Shown here piece after piece: positions 27,675-36,941 of a stretch of DNA of 64,000 nucleotides. The stretch covers positions 480,001-544,000 of the forward strand of contig OY781089.1 in NCBI GenBank assembly GCA_963676565.1, written 5' to 3'. This stretch comes from Halarcobacter sp. GTDB lineage: Bacteria > Campylobacterota > Campylobacteria > Campylobacterales > Arcobacteraceae. Numbering within the stretch: position 1 is the first letter of the stretch; each line of letters starts with the position of its first letter. The notes under the pieces are model-generated. The model saw only the letters and a list, made by a program, of their open reading frames with translations, was not told where the DNA came from and did no database searches. Position numbers and translations under genes: made by a program.

Positions 27675-29501
27675 TTATTTAAATGCTGGGAATGGTCCAA
27701 CTACACCAATCCAAGATTCAGTATCTGCTGCTGAATCTTTCTTATCTTTATCAGATTCACCAAATGGATGTTGAATAACTGTTGTCATATAAGCATTTCC
27801 ACCAATATTTGGATACCAAAATGGAGAAGTTGTTTCAGAACCATATGGAGAAGTTAAAATTCTTGTAATATCTTTAGTTTTAACATTATAAGCCCAAATA
27901 TAATCAATTTGATGTGCACCTGTATCTTCACCAATAATTAAGATATCAGAGTTATCAATAAATGTTAAGTTATCTGGTTCTGCAATCTTATCAATTGCAC
28001 ATTTATTTCCATCAAACTCACTACCTTTTGGATATGATTTCATCTCACCCATAACTTCACCAGACATTGAAGTGATTACCATCTTAGAATCAATCTCAAG
28101 ACCTTTTGAATCTTTTGCAACTCCAATAGGAAGTTTATAAACTCCACCACAACTATTTAATGGAAGTTTAATATCGTTGTTTCCACCAATATCATATTTA
28201 TCATTTTTCTTACCTTTTTTTGCAAAGTCTTCCATACCATATTGGATTCTTGACATTGCTAAATAAACATTTCCATTAGTCTTATCAAATGTTATACCCT
28301 CTTTTTTTCTAAACTCAGTAGTAGCACCTCTTAAGGCTGCAAATCTTCTTGATTCTAACCTTGAAGCAATAATTCCCATACCTGGTTTAACTTTTAAACA
28401 CTCGTGACCTGCTGTTGTGTTAATAGAACTAAATCCACTTGGACAAGTATCACCATTTGGTGTAGCCGAAGAGAATATATCTTCAAATGAAAGTCTTTTT
28501 TCAATAGCTTTTCTAATAGTTGCATCATCAGTTTTACCAAGATTTATCCAAGAAATATCAAACTCTCCACCATTTTTATCGCTATTTTGAGTAAGTTTGG
28601 CTGCATATAATCTACCAGAACTTAAATCTCTTGCTTCATCAGCAATAAACATAAATAAAGCTCCATTTGTACCATCATCACTTAAGTAAACAGTTTTTTC
28701 ATCAGGCATTACATAAGCTAACTCGTGTGCAAATCTACCCATAGAATAATGTTTTACATATTCAGTATTTCCAGTTGCACTTGTAATTGTAACCTCTGGT
28801 ATCCATCCCCAAAAATAAGGATTGAGTGCTGCTTTACCCTCTTTAAAATATAAATCAAAGTTTTGGTAATACTCATCTTTTTCAGCTTTATTAGCATTTG
28901 GTTCATACTCTTCAGACCCTAAATGTGAGCCCCAAGGAGTTTTCATACCAGCACAGTGAACCCATCCACCTTCGAATTTTGCTTGAGAAATATGACTAGT
29001 TGCAACAGCTTTTAATCCACCCTCTTCAGTTTTTTCTAATTTTGAGATATATATAGCTCCAGGTCCACACTCAAATTGAGTAATAGCAAAAAGGTTACCA
29101 TCTTTTTCGTGAAGTGTTGTATGATCTGGTCCTGAACCATCTTTACTAGTCTTACAAATAAATGGGCTTCCATCTTTATGGTTTATTGCTTCTCCCATTT
29201 CATTTTTAACTTGTCCAAAAATCTCCATTGTTTTACCATCTAAACTTGGAAGTTTTTGTCCAGTTCTTGCAATTGTATGCCATCCAATTTTGTGAACTTC
29301 TCCATTAATAACAACTTCACTTGATGTCATAATCTTTTTCTTTTCGGCATCCAGTATAGGAGCTGCAACTGGTTTGAAATAAATTTCATTATGTCCATTT
29401 TTATTTACAGAAGCCAATTCTGGCTGGCTACAGGCTGTAAAAGTTAAAGCAATAGCAGAACTTGCAAGTAAACTTTTAATAAGTGCATATTTATGGTTCA
29501 T
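27675..29501 (-). CDS. phoX: PhoX-family alkaline phosphatase, lipoprotein
   Basis: CAGMKTPWGSHLGSEE, MGRFAHE, VYLSDD, EPDN, IGED, SETTSP, IQHP; lipobox FTAC. Confidence 0.9.
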   Translation of the reverse strand: MNHKYALIKSLLASSAIALTFTACSQPELASVNKNGHNEIYFKPVAAPILDAEKKKIMTSSEVVINGEVHKIGWHTIARTGQKLPSLDGKTMEIFGQVKNEMGEAINHKDGSPFICKTSKDGSGPDHTTLHEKDGNLFAITQFECGPGAIYISKLEKTEEGGLKAVATSHISQAKFEGGWVHCAGMKTPWGSHLGSEEYEPNANKAEKDEYYQNFDLYFKEGKAALNPYFWGWIPEVTITSATGNTEYVKHYSMGRFAHELAYVMPDEKTVYLSDDGTNGALFMFIADEARDLSSGRLYAAKLTQNSDKNGGEFDISWINLGKTDDATIRKAIEKRLSFEDIFSSATPNGDTCPSGFSSINTTAGHECLKVKPGMGIIASRLESRRFAALRGATTEFRKKEGITFDKTNGNVYLAMSRIQYGMEDFAKKGKKNDKYDIGGNNDIKLPLNSCGGVYKLPIGVAKDSKGLEIDSKMVITSMSGEVMGEMKSYPKGSEFDGNKCAIDKIAEPDNLTFIDNSDILIIGEDTGAHQIDYIWAYNVKTKDITRILTSPYGSETTSPFWYPNIGGNAYMTTVIQHPFGESDKDKKDSAADTESWIGVVGPFPAFK

Positions 29502-29546
29502 TGTTTTCCTTTATTAATAAATTTACTGAAATATTACTTTTTGTGG

Positions 29547-29564
29547 GTTACTTCTAGATTACAG
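29547..29564 (-). promoter_or_regulatory. Pho-box-like direct repeat upstream of phoX
   Basis: Minus strand CTGTAAT-ctag-AAGTAAC (11-bp period), 10 nt upstream of TAATAT. Confidence 0.6.
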
Positions 29565-29617
29565 CCTTTAAACTATTTTCTATTATTTAATTTTTATTAA
29601 TCTTGCTTTGATAAGAT

Positions 29618-30736
29618 TTGCCTATGGGATTTTATATATTTATAACAACATTTATTAGTGTCATGACGATACTTACCTTACTTATTTCACGAAGATTAGT
29701 TAGAAAACTTCATTTTTCAAAAAAAGTAAAGTTCTTAATAAATATTTTTTTAGTAGTAAACCTTTTAGGTGTCATAGGATATATATTTGCAAGATACAAT
29801 CCAACAATACCAAACTGGGCATATTTTTTACTATCAATTCCAATTGGAATAATCTTTTTATTATTTGTCGCAACAATTTTTTATGAAATTTTTTCAAGGC
29901 TTATAAAAGTAATTCCAGTAAATGAAAATAGAAGGGACTTTTTCAAAAAAACTTTAGATATAGGTGCATTAAGTGTTGCTACAAGTGTAAATGCAAAGGC
30001 GATGCAAAATGCAAAAACAGTAGAGATTGAAAAAGTTGATGTAAAAATAAAAGGTTTAGGGAAACCATACAAAATAGTACAATTAAGTGATATTCATATT
30101 GGTGGCTTAATAGATAAATATTTCATTGCTAATTTAGTTAAAAGAGTTAATCAATTAGACGCAGATATTGTTGTAATCACTGGAGACTTAGTTGATACAA
30201 GTTTAGATTTTGCAAAAGATGCTTTAGATGAACTTAAAAATTTAAAATCAAAATATGGAAACTATTTTATAGTTGGTAACCATGAATATTTTCATAATGT
30301 AACAAATATCATTAAGTACGTAAACACCTTAAATATAAAAACCTTAGAAAATGAAAATGTATATATAGGAAAAGAGGATGAAGGTTTTAATTTAGCAGGG
30401 GTTTATGACTTAATAGGTTCAAGAATAAATGCCTATGCCCCTGATTTAAATAAGGCTCTTGATGGAAGGATGGCAAATAATCCAACAATTTTACTTGCAC
30501 ACCAACCAAAATTTATAGAAGAAGTAAAAAATGTAGATTTAGTTTTAAGTGGCCATACCCATGGTGGACAGATTTTTCCATTTAATTATCTTGTAAAACT
30601 TCAACAGCCATATGTAAAAGGTTTACATCAACACAATGAAAATACTCAAATTTATGTAAACAAAGGAACAGGATTTTGGGGTCCTCCCATGAGACTTGGA
30701 GCTAGTTCTGAAATAACTTTATTAAATCTAAGCTAA
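29618..30736 (+). CDS. Membrane-anchored calcineurin-like metallophosphoesterase (YkuE/YaeI-like)
   Basis: Three TM helices, then NRRDFFK; SDIH, TGDLVD, GNHE, LLAHQP, SGHTHGGQ. Confidence 0.92.
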   Translation: MPMGFYIFITTFISVMTILTLLISRRLVRKLHFSKKVKFLINIFLVVNLLGVIGYIFARYNPTIPNWAYFLLSIPIGIIFLLFVATIFYEIFSRLIKVIPVNENRRDFFKKTLDIGALSVATSVNAKAMQNAKTVEIEKVDVKIKGLGKPYKIVQLSDIHIGGLIDKYFIANLVKRVNQLDADIVVITGDLVDTSLDFAKDALDELKNLKSKYGNYFIVGNHEYFHNVTNIIKYVNTLNIKTLENENVYIGKEDEGFNLAGVYDLIGSRINAYAPDLNKALDGRMANNPTILLAHQPKFIEEVKNVDLVLSGHTHGGQIFPFNYLVKLQQPYVKGLHQHNENTQIYVNKGTGFWGPPMRLGASSEITLLNLS

Positions 30737-30759
30737 TCTGGATGTAATTTATTAAATAC

Positions 30760-30910
30760 AGTGGAAAGAGGTAGCTGGAATAATGTTTTATAGTGGTATA
30801 TAATTAGGGCTAAATAGTATGAATAAGAAAATCTAAAACATGTACAAATTTTTAAAATAAAATCTTATAAATTAAATTTATCAATGGAGAAAACACTACC
30901 TCTTTCCACT
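30760..30910. repeat. 15-bp perfect inverted repeat enclosing a 121-nt AT-rich spacer
   Basis: agtggaaagaggtag (30760-30774) / ctacctctttccact (30896-30910) between convergent genes. Confidence 0.8.
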
Positions 30911-30917
30911 ATCTTTT

Positions 30918-30941
30918 AAGGGAAGCTAAAAGCTTCTCCTT
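30918..30941. terminator. Hairpin at the 3' end of hsp20
   Basis: aagggaagct-aaa-agcttctcctt, imperfect stem. Confidence 0.5.
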
Positions 30942-31353
30942 ATTGAATACTAATAACCTTTTTACTTCTACTTTCATCTAGTTTTGGAATAACTAATTCC
31001 AATACACCATCAACTGATTTTGCTTCTATATTTTCTACATCAGCATTATCTGGAAGGGTAAAACTTCTTGAAAACTTACCAAATGAAGTTTCAACTTTAT
31101 AATAATCTTCTTCTTTGACTTCTTCTTTTGTTTTTCTTTCACCAGAAATTGTTAAAACATTTTTTTCTAAATCTACTTTAATATCATCTTTTTTAACACC
31201 TGGTAAATCAACATCAATATGAAAAGATGAATCCTCTTCTCTAGTATTAACTACAGGAATAAATCCACTTACTCCTTCATTTGAAGGATAATTATAAAAA
31301 CTTTTTTCTAATTCCCTCATTTGTCTAAAAGGGTCAAATCTTGTTAATAACAT
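30940..31353 (-). CDS. Hsp20/alpha-crystallin small heat-shock protein
   Basis: DLPGVKKDDI, LTISGER, FGKFSRSFTLP, DGVLELVIPK. Confidence 0.96.
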   Translation of the reverse strand: MLLTRFDPFRQMRELEKSFYNYPSNEGVSGFIPVVNTREEDSSFHIDVDLPGVKKDDIKVDLEKNVLTISGERKTKEEVKEEDYYKVETSFGKFSRSFTLPDNADVENIEAKSVDGVLELVIPKLDESRSKKVISIQ

Positions 31354-31377
31354 ATCAAACTCCTTTAAATGAATTTT

Positions 31378-31398
31378 CTTGATATCTTTCTTATCAAG
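31378..31398. promoter_or_regulatory. HAIR-like inverted repeat (possible HspR operator) or 5'-UTR hairpin
   Basis: CTTGATA-N7-TATCAAG versus HAIR consensus CTTGAGT-N7-ACTCAAG. Confidence 0.45.
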
Positions 31399-31421
31399 TT
31401 ATTGGAATATTAACATATTTT

Positions 31422-31448
31422 TTAGCACTTGTCAAGTTTAATTGCTAA
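31422..31448. promoter_or_regulatory. CIRCE-like HrcA operator overlapping the hsp20 -35 box
   Basis: TTAGCACTT-N9-AATTGCTAA versus TTAGCACTC-N9-GAGTGCTAA; TTGACA on - strand at 31430-31435. Confidence 0.75.
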
Positions 31449-31520
31449 ATTTTAAAAATAAAATATTTTCAATGTTTATATTTAGCCTATATTCTGGTAG
31501 TTTATATTGATTTAGTTTTT

Positions 31521-31547
31521 TTAGCGTTTAAGATATTTTAGTGCTAA
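31521..31547. promoter_or_regulatory. Second CIRCE-like element
   Basis: TTAGCGTTT-N9-TAGTGCTAA. Confidence 0.55.
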
Positions 31548-31565
31548 TTTTTAAAGTTTTTGTAT

Positions 31566-33617
31566 TTAAAGTGGTATATTTATTGTGAAATTCACACCAC
31601 TTCCCAACTCACTTTGGCAATCTATTGAGCCTTTTAAATTAGTTGTAACAAGATTATATATTATGTTCATCCCTAAACCAGAAGACCCTTCTTGTTTATT
31701 AGTAGTAAAAAATGGCTCATAAATTTTTAAAAGATTCTCTTTAGGAATTCCTTCTCCATTATCTGAATATTTAAAATTAAGCTGATTTTCCACTTTTTCT
31801 ATTGTAAAACTAATTTTTCCATTATTTGAATTTTTAAAACCATGAGTAATGGAGTTAACAACTAAATTAGTGATAATTTGTGCAAAAAATCCTGGATAAG
31901 AGACTATTTCTAACTCTTCTTCACAATTAATCTTAATATCAATTTTTTTATTTTGCATTAAAGAATCAATACTTATTAGAATCCCTTCTATATAAGCTTT
32001 AACCTTAAATAGTCTTTTTTGTTCACTTGTTTGATCAACTGCAACTTGCTTGAAACTTCTAATAATATCAGCTGTTCTATTTAGATTTGAATTAATTACA
32101 CTTACTAATTCTTTAGAACTTTCTAAATAATTCTTAAGGTCCTCTTGAGTCACTTTATCTAGTTCATATTTGTGAGACATATCCTCAGCTAAAAATTCAA
32201 GGTGAGAAGAACCAGTTAAACCAACACCTACTGGTGTACTTATCTCATGGGCAACCCCTGCAACTAAACGACCTAACCCAGCTAATTTTTCTGACTCCAC
32301 AAGTTTATTTTGAGTTTCTCTTAAATTTTCAATTATTGTTTCTAATTCATCATTTGATTCTTGTAAGTCAATATTTCTATTGTATAATTGTTCTTCTAAT
32401 TCCTTTTTCTCAGAAATATCTCTAACCGTACCATAAATTACGAATTGAGAATTTAGAACAATTTTGGAAAGAATAATTTCGGCCCAAAATTCTTGATTAT
32501 TAGGTTTTTTATGAATCCATTCAAACCTAGCACTACCAACTTTATCAAACTCTTTTGAAACCTTTTTTAAAGCTTCTTTTGTAGTTAAACCATTTTTTTG
32601 ATACTCTGGAGAAATATCATAAGGAGATTTCCCTATAACCTCACTTTTATCCTTTAATCCAAAAATTTCTAAAAAGGCTTTATTACAATCGATATACTTG
32701 CCATCTTCAAAGGAAAGCATAGAAAGACCATCTTTAGAATCATTAAACAGTGTCTCAAAAATCTCTTTTTGTTCTTTCAATTCCTGCGTTCTTTCTTCAA
32801 CTAATTTTTGAAGATTTTTATTTAATCCTTCTATCTCATTTTCACTTTTTTTCAAAGCTTCCATTTCAAATAAAATATGGTTTCTCATTTTTTCAAAGTT
32901 TATAGATAACTCTTTTAATTCTCTTACACCATTTATCTCAATTTTTGTATTTAAGTTTCCTGATAAAATCTCTTTTGTTGCATCAGATAGATTATCAATA
33001 GGTTTCAATACATTTTTTACAATTAAAATGATAATAAGTGAGATTATAGATAAAACTATAAGTGAAATTATTAAAAAACTTTGTCCAAATTTATAAAGTT
33101 CACTATATTTCTCATCTAAATTAATTCTATAGCCAATAATCCAATTCCATGGCTCATAACTTTTAAAAATAATCCATCTTTCATCATTCTCCCTATTTAT
33201 AACAAAATTTCCATTTTTTAGATTTAATATCTTTTTATATTCTTTTTGATTTTTATAAAGATTACTATTTTGAGCATTATATTTTCTATGTATAACTAAG
33301 TTATTATTTTCATCTATAACAAAAGGATAAATATTTTTTTCACCCTTATCAAAAATTTCTTTTATAGCTTTTAAAGTCCCCTCTTTAAAAGCTTCTTCAT
33401 AGGATTCTACCATTTGTGTTTTCAAAAGTTTTTGGTATTTTTGATCAATTAAATAGATTATATTATCAATTCTCTCTTCATATAAAACAGTTTTTGAAGT
33501 ATCAATCTGTTTTTTTAAATCATTATAAGATAAGTATAGTATCAACCCAATACCTATAATTATTGATAAAAGTATTGCTACTAATAATTGTGTTTGTAAA
33601 GAATTGTTTTTTATCAT
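31566..33617 (-). CDS. Sensor histidine kinase (Cache-like, HAMP, PAS, HisKA, HATPase)
   Basis: Two TM helices, WNWIIG, PAS FEWIH, GVAHEISTP, NSITHGF, DNGEG, GSSGLG. Confidence 0.92.
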   Translation of the reverse strand: MIKNNSLQTQLLVAILLSIIIGIGLILYLSYNDLKKQIDTSKTVLYEERIDNIIYLIDQKYQKLLKTQMVESYEEAFKEGTLKAIKEIFDKGEKNIYPFVIDENNNLVIHRKYNAQNSNLYKNQKEYKKILNLKNGNFVINRENDERWIIFKSYEPWNWIIGYRINLDEKYSELYKFGQSFLIISLIVLSIISLIIILIVKNVLKPIDNLSDATKEILSGNLNTKIEINGVRELKELSINFEKMRNHILFEMEALKKSENEIEGLNKNLQKLVEERTQELKEQKEIFETLFNDSKDGLSMLSFEDGKYIDCNKAFLEIFGLKDKSEVIGKSPYDISPEYQKNGLTTKEALKKVSKEFDKVGSARFEWIHKKPNNQEFWAEIILSKIVLNSQFVIYGTVRDISEKKELEEQLYNRNIDLQESNDELETIIENLRETQNKLVESEKLAGLGRLVAGVAHEISTPVGVGLTGSSHLEFLAEDMSHKYELDKVTQEDLKNYLESSKELVSVINSNLNRTADIIRSFKQVAVDQTSEQKRLFKVKAYIEGILISIDSLMQNKKIDIKINCEEELEIVSYPGFFAQIITNLVVNSITHGFKNSNNGKISFTIEKVENQLNFKYSDNGEGIPKENLLKIYEPFFTTNKQEGSSGLGMNIIYNLVTTNLKGSIDCQSELGSGVNFTINIPL

Positions 33618-34579
33618 TGAACTATCTCTGCATGATCAATAAAGTCAAAAGGGAAAATGATATTAAGCTTTTTTGCTAAAGTTGTATTAATTATAATTCT
33701 AGCTTCTTTATTTTTAACTATTTTAATATCATTCACTTTTTTCCCATTTAAAATTTCAAGAGCAGTTTTTGCAACCCACTCTCCTTGCTCTTCAGGCTTA
33801 TTTGCAAAAATCATTAATGCAAAGTTTTTTAAAGTTATATCCCAAGCAGCAGATGGAATTTTAGTTTCTTTTTTAACAAAAGCTTCTAACTCTTCTTTAT
33901 TTTTATTCCAATCTACTAAAGCCCCACTATTTCCAAGTAACAATATATCAACATTGTTTTGTAAATATATAAAATTTTCTTTCCATTCTTCTATTGTTTT
34001 TGCATACTTTGTAATGATTTTTTGATTTAACTGTTTTTCAAAAAATTGATTCTGTAACTTAACACTATAAGAATTATCATCTAAACTGCCTATTCTAATA
34101 CCTTTGGTATATTTTTTTAAAGTATCAACTATTTGAGGTATAAGCTGTACTTCTTCCATTCCTGTTATTTTATTAGGTAATTGTTCATATTTCTTTATAG
34201 TACCATTTATGCCACAAAAAATAATTGGAATAGTTGAATTTTTAAAATGGGGTAAAATAACATATTTAATAGCATTGTCATCGGAAGTAATAATCACATC
34301 AGGTTTAAATTTTTCAATTTGATTTTTAATCTCTAAAGCAGTTTTTATTTTATAGGATTCATTATTATTTCTTTTAGAATCCATCTCAACTCTTTTAAAT
34401 TCAATTGGTAACTTAGATTTAAAAAGCACTTTTTTAATATTATTTTCAATTCCATCACTCCAATAAAGCCCAGTATGATAGGAGTTAATGTAAAAAACCT
34501 TTTTAGGAGAAACACTTTTGGCTCCTAAATAGGAAGTTAAGGTAAATAATAAAAAGAAAAGAACAAATAACTTTTTCAT
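33614..34579 (-). CDS. Periplasmic ABC substrate-binding-like protein coupled to the kinase gene
   Basis: Signal peptide, INSYH..WSD, KPDVIITSDDNA, PIIFCGIN; ATGA overlap with the kinase; ATG 34579 behind AAAGG. Confidence 0.8.
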   Translation of the reverse strand: MKKLFVLFFLLFTLTSYLGAKSVSPKKVFYINSYHTGLYWSDGIENNIKKVLFKSKLPIEFKRVEMDSKRNNNESYKIKTALEIKNQIEKFKPDVIITSDDNAIKYVILPHFKNSTIPIIFCGINGTIKKYEQLPNKITGMEEVQLIPQIVDTLKKYTKGIRIGSLDDNSYSVKLQNQFFEKQLNQKIITKYAKTIEEWKENFIYLQNNVDILLLGNSGALVDWNKNKEELEAFVKKETKIPSAAWDITLKNFALMIFANKPEEQGEWVAKTALEILNGKKVNDIKIVKNKEARIIINTTLAKKLNIIFPFDFIDHAEIVQ

Positions 34580-34636
34580 ATAAGTACCTTTTCTTTTCAT
34601 TATAACATAAAGATTTGATTTTGTAATAATAAAATA

Positions 34637-34732
34637 CTATGCTATTGCTGCAAATGTAGTTGCTATTGTTAGAAAATAGATGATAATAACTATTACATAA
34701 TCTTTTTTATTTGTATTAATTTCTGTTTTCAT
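34637..34732 (-). CDS. Unannotated 31-aa single-TM peptide MKTEINTNKKDYVIVIIIYFLTIATTFAAIA
   Basis: ATG 34732 with strong AAGGAG SD about 8 nt upstream, stop TAG 34637-34639; below the ORF-track cutoff. Confidence 0.65.
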   Translation of the reverse strand: MKTEINTNKKDYVIVIIIYFLTIATTFAAIA

Positions 34733-34781
34733 TTTTTTATCTCCTTCATATAGGAGATAAAAAATCTCCTATATTTTTTTT
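34733..34781. promoter_or_regulatory. Overlapping, mutually exclusive hairpins controlling access to the peptide SD
   Basis: 34733-34745 pairs with 34752-34764 (13 bp); alternatively 34748-34757 pairs with 34765-34774 (10 bp), followed by a T-run on +. Confidence 0.6.
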
Positions 34782-34846
34782 ATTCTAATTAATCTCTTCG
34801 AGACATCATCGCTATTCAATCTTTTCCTTTTTTTTAAAATTTGGCA

Positions 34847-34882
34847 TAAAAAAAGGGGAGAGCTAAGAAGCTCTCCCCTTTT
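34847..34882 (-). terminator. Intrinsic terminator of typA
   Basis: aaaaggggagagct-aaga-agctctcccctttt with U-run on -. Confidence 0.88.
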
Positions 34883-34902
34883 CAGTTTAAAGTTAAGTTC
34901 TG

Positions 34903-36720
34903 CTATTCAGCGAACTTCGCCTTCTTAGCAGCCCTTTTCCTAACTGTAGGATCAAGCTCTCTTTTTCTAACTCTAATCGTTTGAGGTGTAACCTCAACTA
35001 ATTCATCTTCTTCAATCCACTCTAGTGCATTTTCTAGAGACATAACTCTTGGCGGGATAAGCTTAATTGCATCATCAGATCCCGAAGCTCTTACGTTTGT
35101 AAGTGCCTTTCCTTTAATTGGGTTAACATCTAAATCATTTGATTTTGCGTGTTCTCCAATTACCATCCCTACATAAACCTTATCTTGAGGCTTAATGTAC
35201 ATTGTTCCTCTTTCTTGTAGGTTAAAAATAGAGAAACCTAGTGCTTCACCATTTTCCATGGATACAAGTGCCCCGTTTTTCCTTGATTCTACTGTTCCAG
35301 AATATGGCCTAAACTCTAAAAATGAGTGGTTCATAACACCCTCACCTTTTGTATCAGTTAAGAACTCTGTTCTAATACCAATTAAACCTCTTGCAGGAAT
35401 TTCAAACTCTAACCTTGTAAATCCAGCACCCATAGGAACCATATTTGTCATATTCGCTTTTTTCTTTCCTAATTTTTCAATGATAGTTCCAGAATACTCA
35501 TCAGGAGTATCTATTACTAAATGTTCAAATGGTTCCATTACTACACCATTTTCTTCTCTTGTAATAACCTCTGGTCTACCAATTGAGAACTCAAAACCTT
35601 CTCTTCTCATATTCTCAGCTAAGATAGTAATTTGAAGTTCACCCCTACCGTTAACTTTAAATTTACCCTCACCAATTTGCTCATAATTCATAGCAATATT
35701 AGTGTTCATCTCAGCTTTTAATCTTTCATCAATTTTATTTGAAGTAACAAATTTACCCTCAGTTCCAGCTAATGGAGAATCATTAACTGCAAATGTAACT
35801 GAAAGTGTAGGTTCTTCAATATGCATAGGATCTAGTGGCATTGGATTTGCAGGATCACAAAGTGAATCACCTACGTCAATAGTTTCAAATCCAGCAACAG
35901 CACAAATATCTCCAGCTCCAGCTTCTTTGATTTCAATTCTATCAAGACCTTTAAATCCAATAAGTTTAGTAACTCTACCTTTTACTTTTTCACCATCTGC
36001 TTTTACAAGCATTACAGTTTCACCCATTGAAATTTTTCCATTAAAAATTCTAGAAATACCAATTTTTCCAATGAAATTATCATAATCAAGAGTAAATACT
36101 TGAAGTTGAAGACCATTTTCTTCACTACCTTGTGGTTTTGGAACTTCATTTAAAATAGTTTCGAATAATGGTTGTAAATCTTTTTTCTCATCTTCAAGGG
36201 CATGCATTGCATAACCATCTCTTGCTGCTGCATAAATAACAGGGAATTCTAATTGCTCTTCAGTTGCACCCATTTGGTCAAATAGGTCAAATACTTCATC
36301 AACAACTCTATCAGGTTCCCCAGCTGGTTTATCAATTTTGTTTACAACAACAATTGGTCTATGTCCTAAAGATAAAGCTTTTTTTACAACAAATTTAGTT
36401 TGAGGCATAACACCCTCTTGTGCGTCAACTAGTAATAATACTGAGTCAACCATTTTAAGAACCCTTTCAACTTCTCCACCAAAATCGGCGTGACCTGGAG
36501 TGTCAATAATATTAATTCTAACTCCCTCATAATCAATAGCTGTATTTTTAGAAAGAATTGTAATACCTCTTTCTTTCTCAATATCATTACTATCCATTAC
36601 TCTTTCATCGATTTGCGTATGAGCTGCGAAAGTTCCAGATTGTTTCAGTAATTCATCAACAAGTGTAGTTTTACCGTGGTCAACGTGTGCGATTACGGCA
36701 ATATTTCTAATGTCTCTCAT
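34903..36720 (-). CDS. typA: Translational GTPase TypA/BipA
   Basis: [56 protein letters not shown]. Confidence 0.98.
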   Translation of the reverse strand: MRDIRNIAVIAHVDHGKTTLVDELLKQSGTFAAHTQIDERVMDSNDIEKERGITILSKNTAIDYEGVRINIIDTPGHADFGGEVERVLKMVDSVLLLVDAQEGVMPQTKFVVKKALSLGHRPIVVVNKIDKPAGEPDRVVDEVFDLFDQMGATEEQLEFPVIYAAARDGYAMHALEDEKKDLQPLFETILNEVPKPQGSEENGLQLQVFTLDYDNFIGKIGISRIFNGKISMGETVMLVKADGEKVKGRVTKLIGFKGLDRIEIKEAGAGDICAVAGFETIDVGDSLCDPANPMPLDPMHIEEPTLSVTFAVNDSPLAGTEGKFVTSNKIDERLKAEMNTNIAMNYEQIGEGKFKVNGRGELQITILAENMRREGFEFSIGRPEVITREENGVVMEPFEHLVIDTPDEYSGTIIEKLGKKKANMTNMVPMGAGFTRLEFEIPARGLIGIRTEFLTDTKGEGVMNHSFLEFRPYSGTVESRKNGALVSMENGEALGFSIFNLQERGTMYIKPQDKVYVGMVIGEHAKSNDLDVNPIKGKALTNVRASGSDDAIKLIPPRVMSLENALEWIEEDELVEVTPQTIRVRKRELDPTVRKRAAKKAKFAE

Positions 36721-36941
36721 TTATTCTCTTTATGATAATTTCTTTTAATTTCGCGGATTATACTAAAACTTTGCTTAAAGTCTTAAAAAATTTATATTTT
36801 AGTTTCATTTTGATTATAAAGTTTTCGAAAAGAGTAAAAAAGTGTCTAAAAGATAACTTTTAGTTCATTTTAGAGGTTTACAATTACAACATATAAAAAA
36901 TGAAGCTAATATAAATTTTTAAGCTTCAATTAAAAAAAGGA

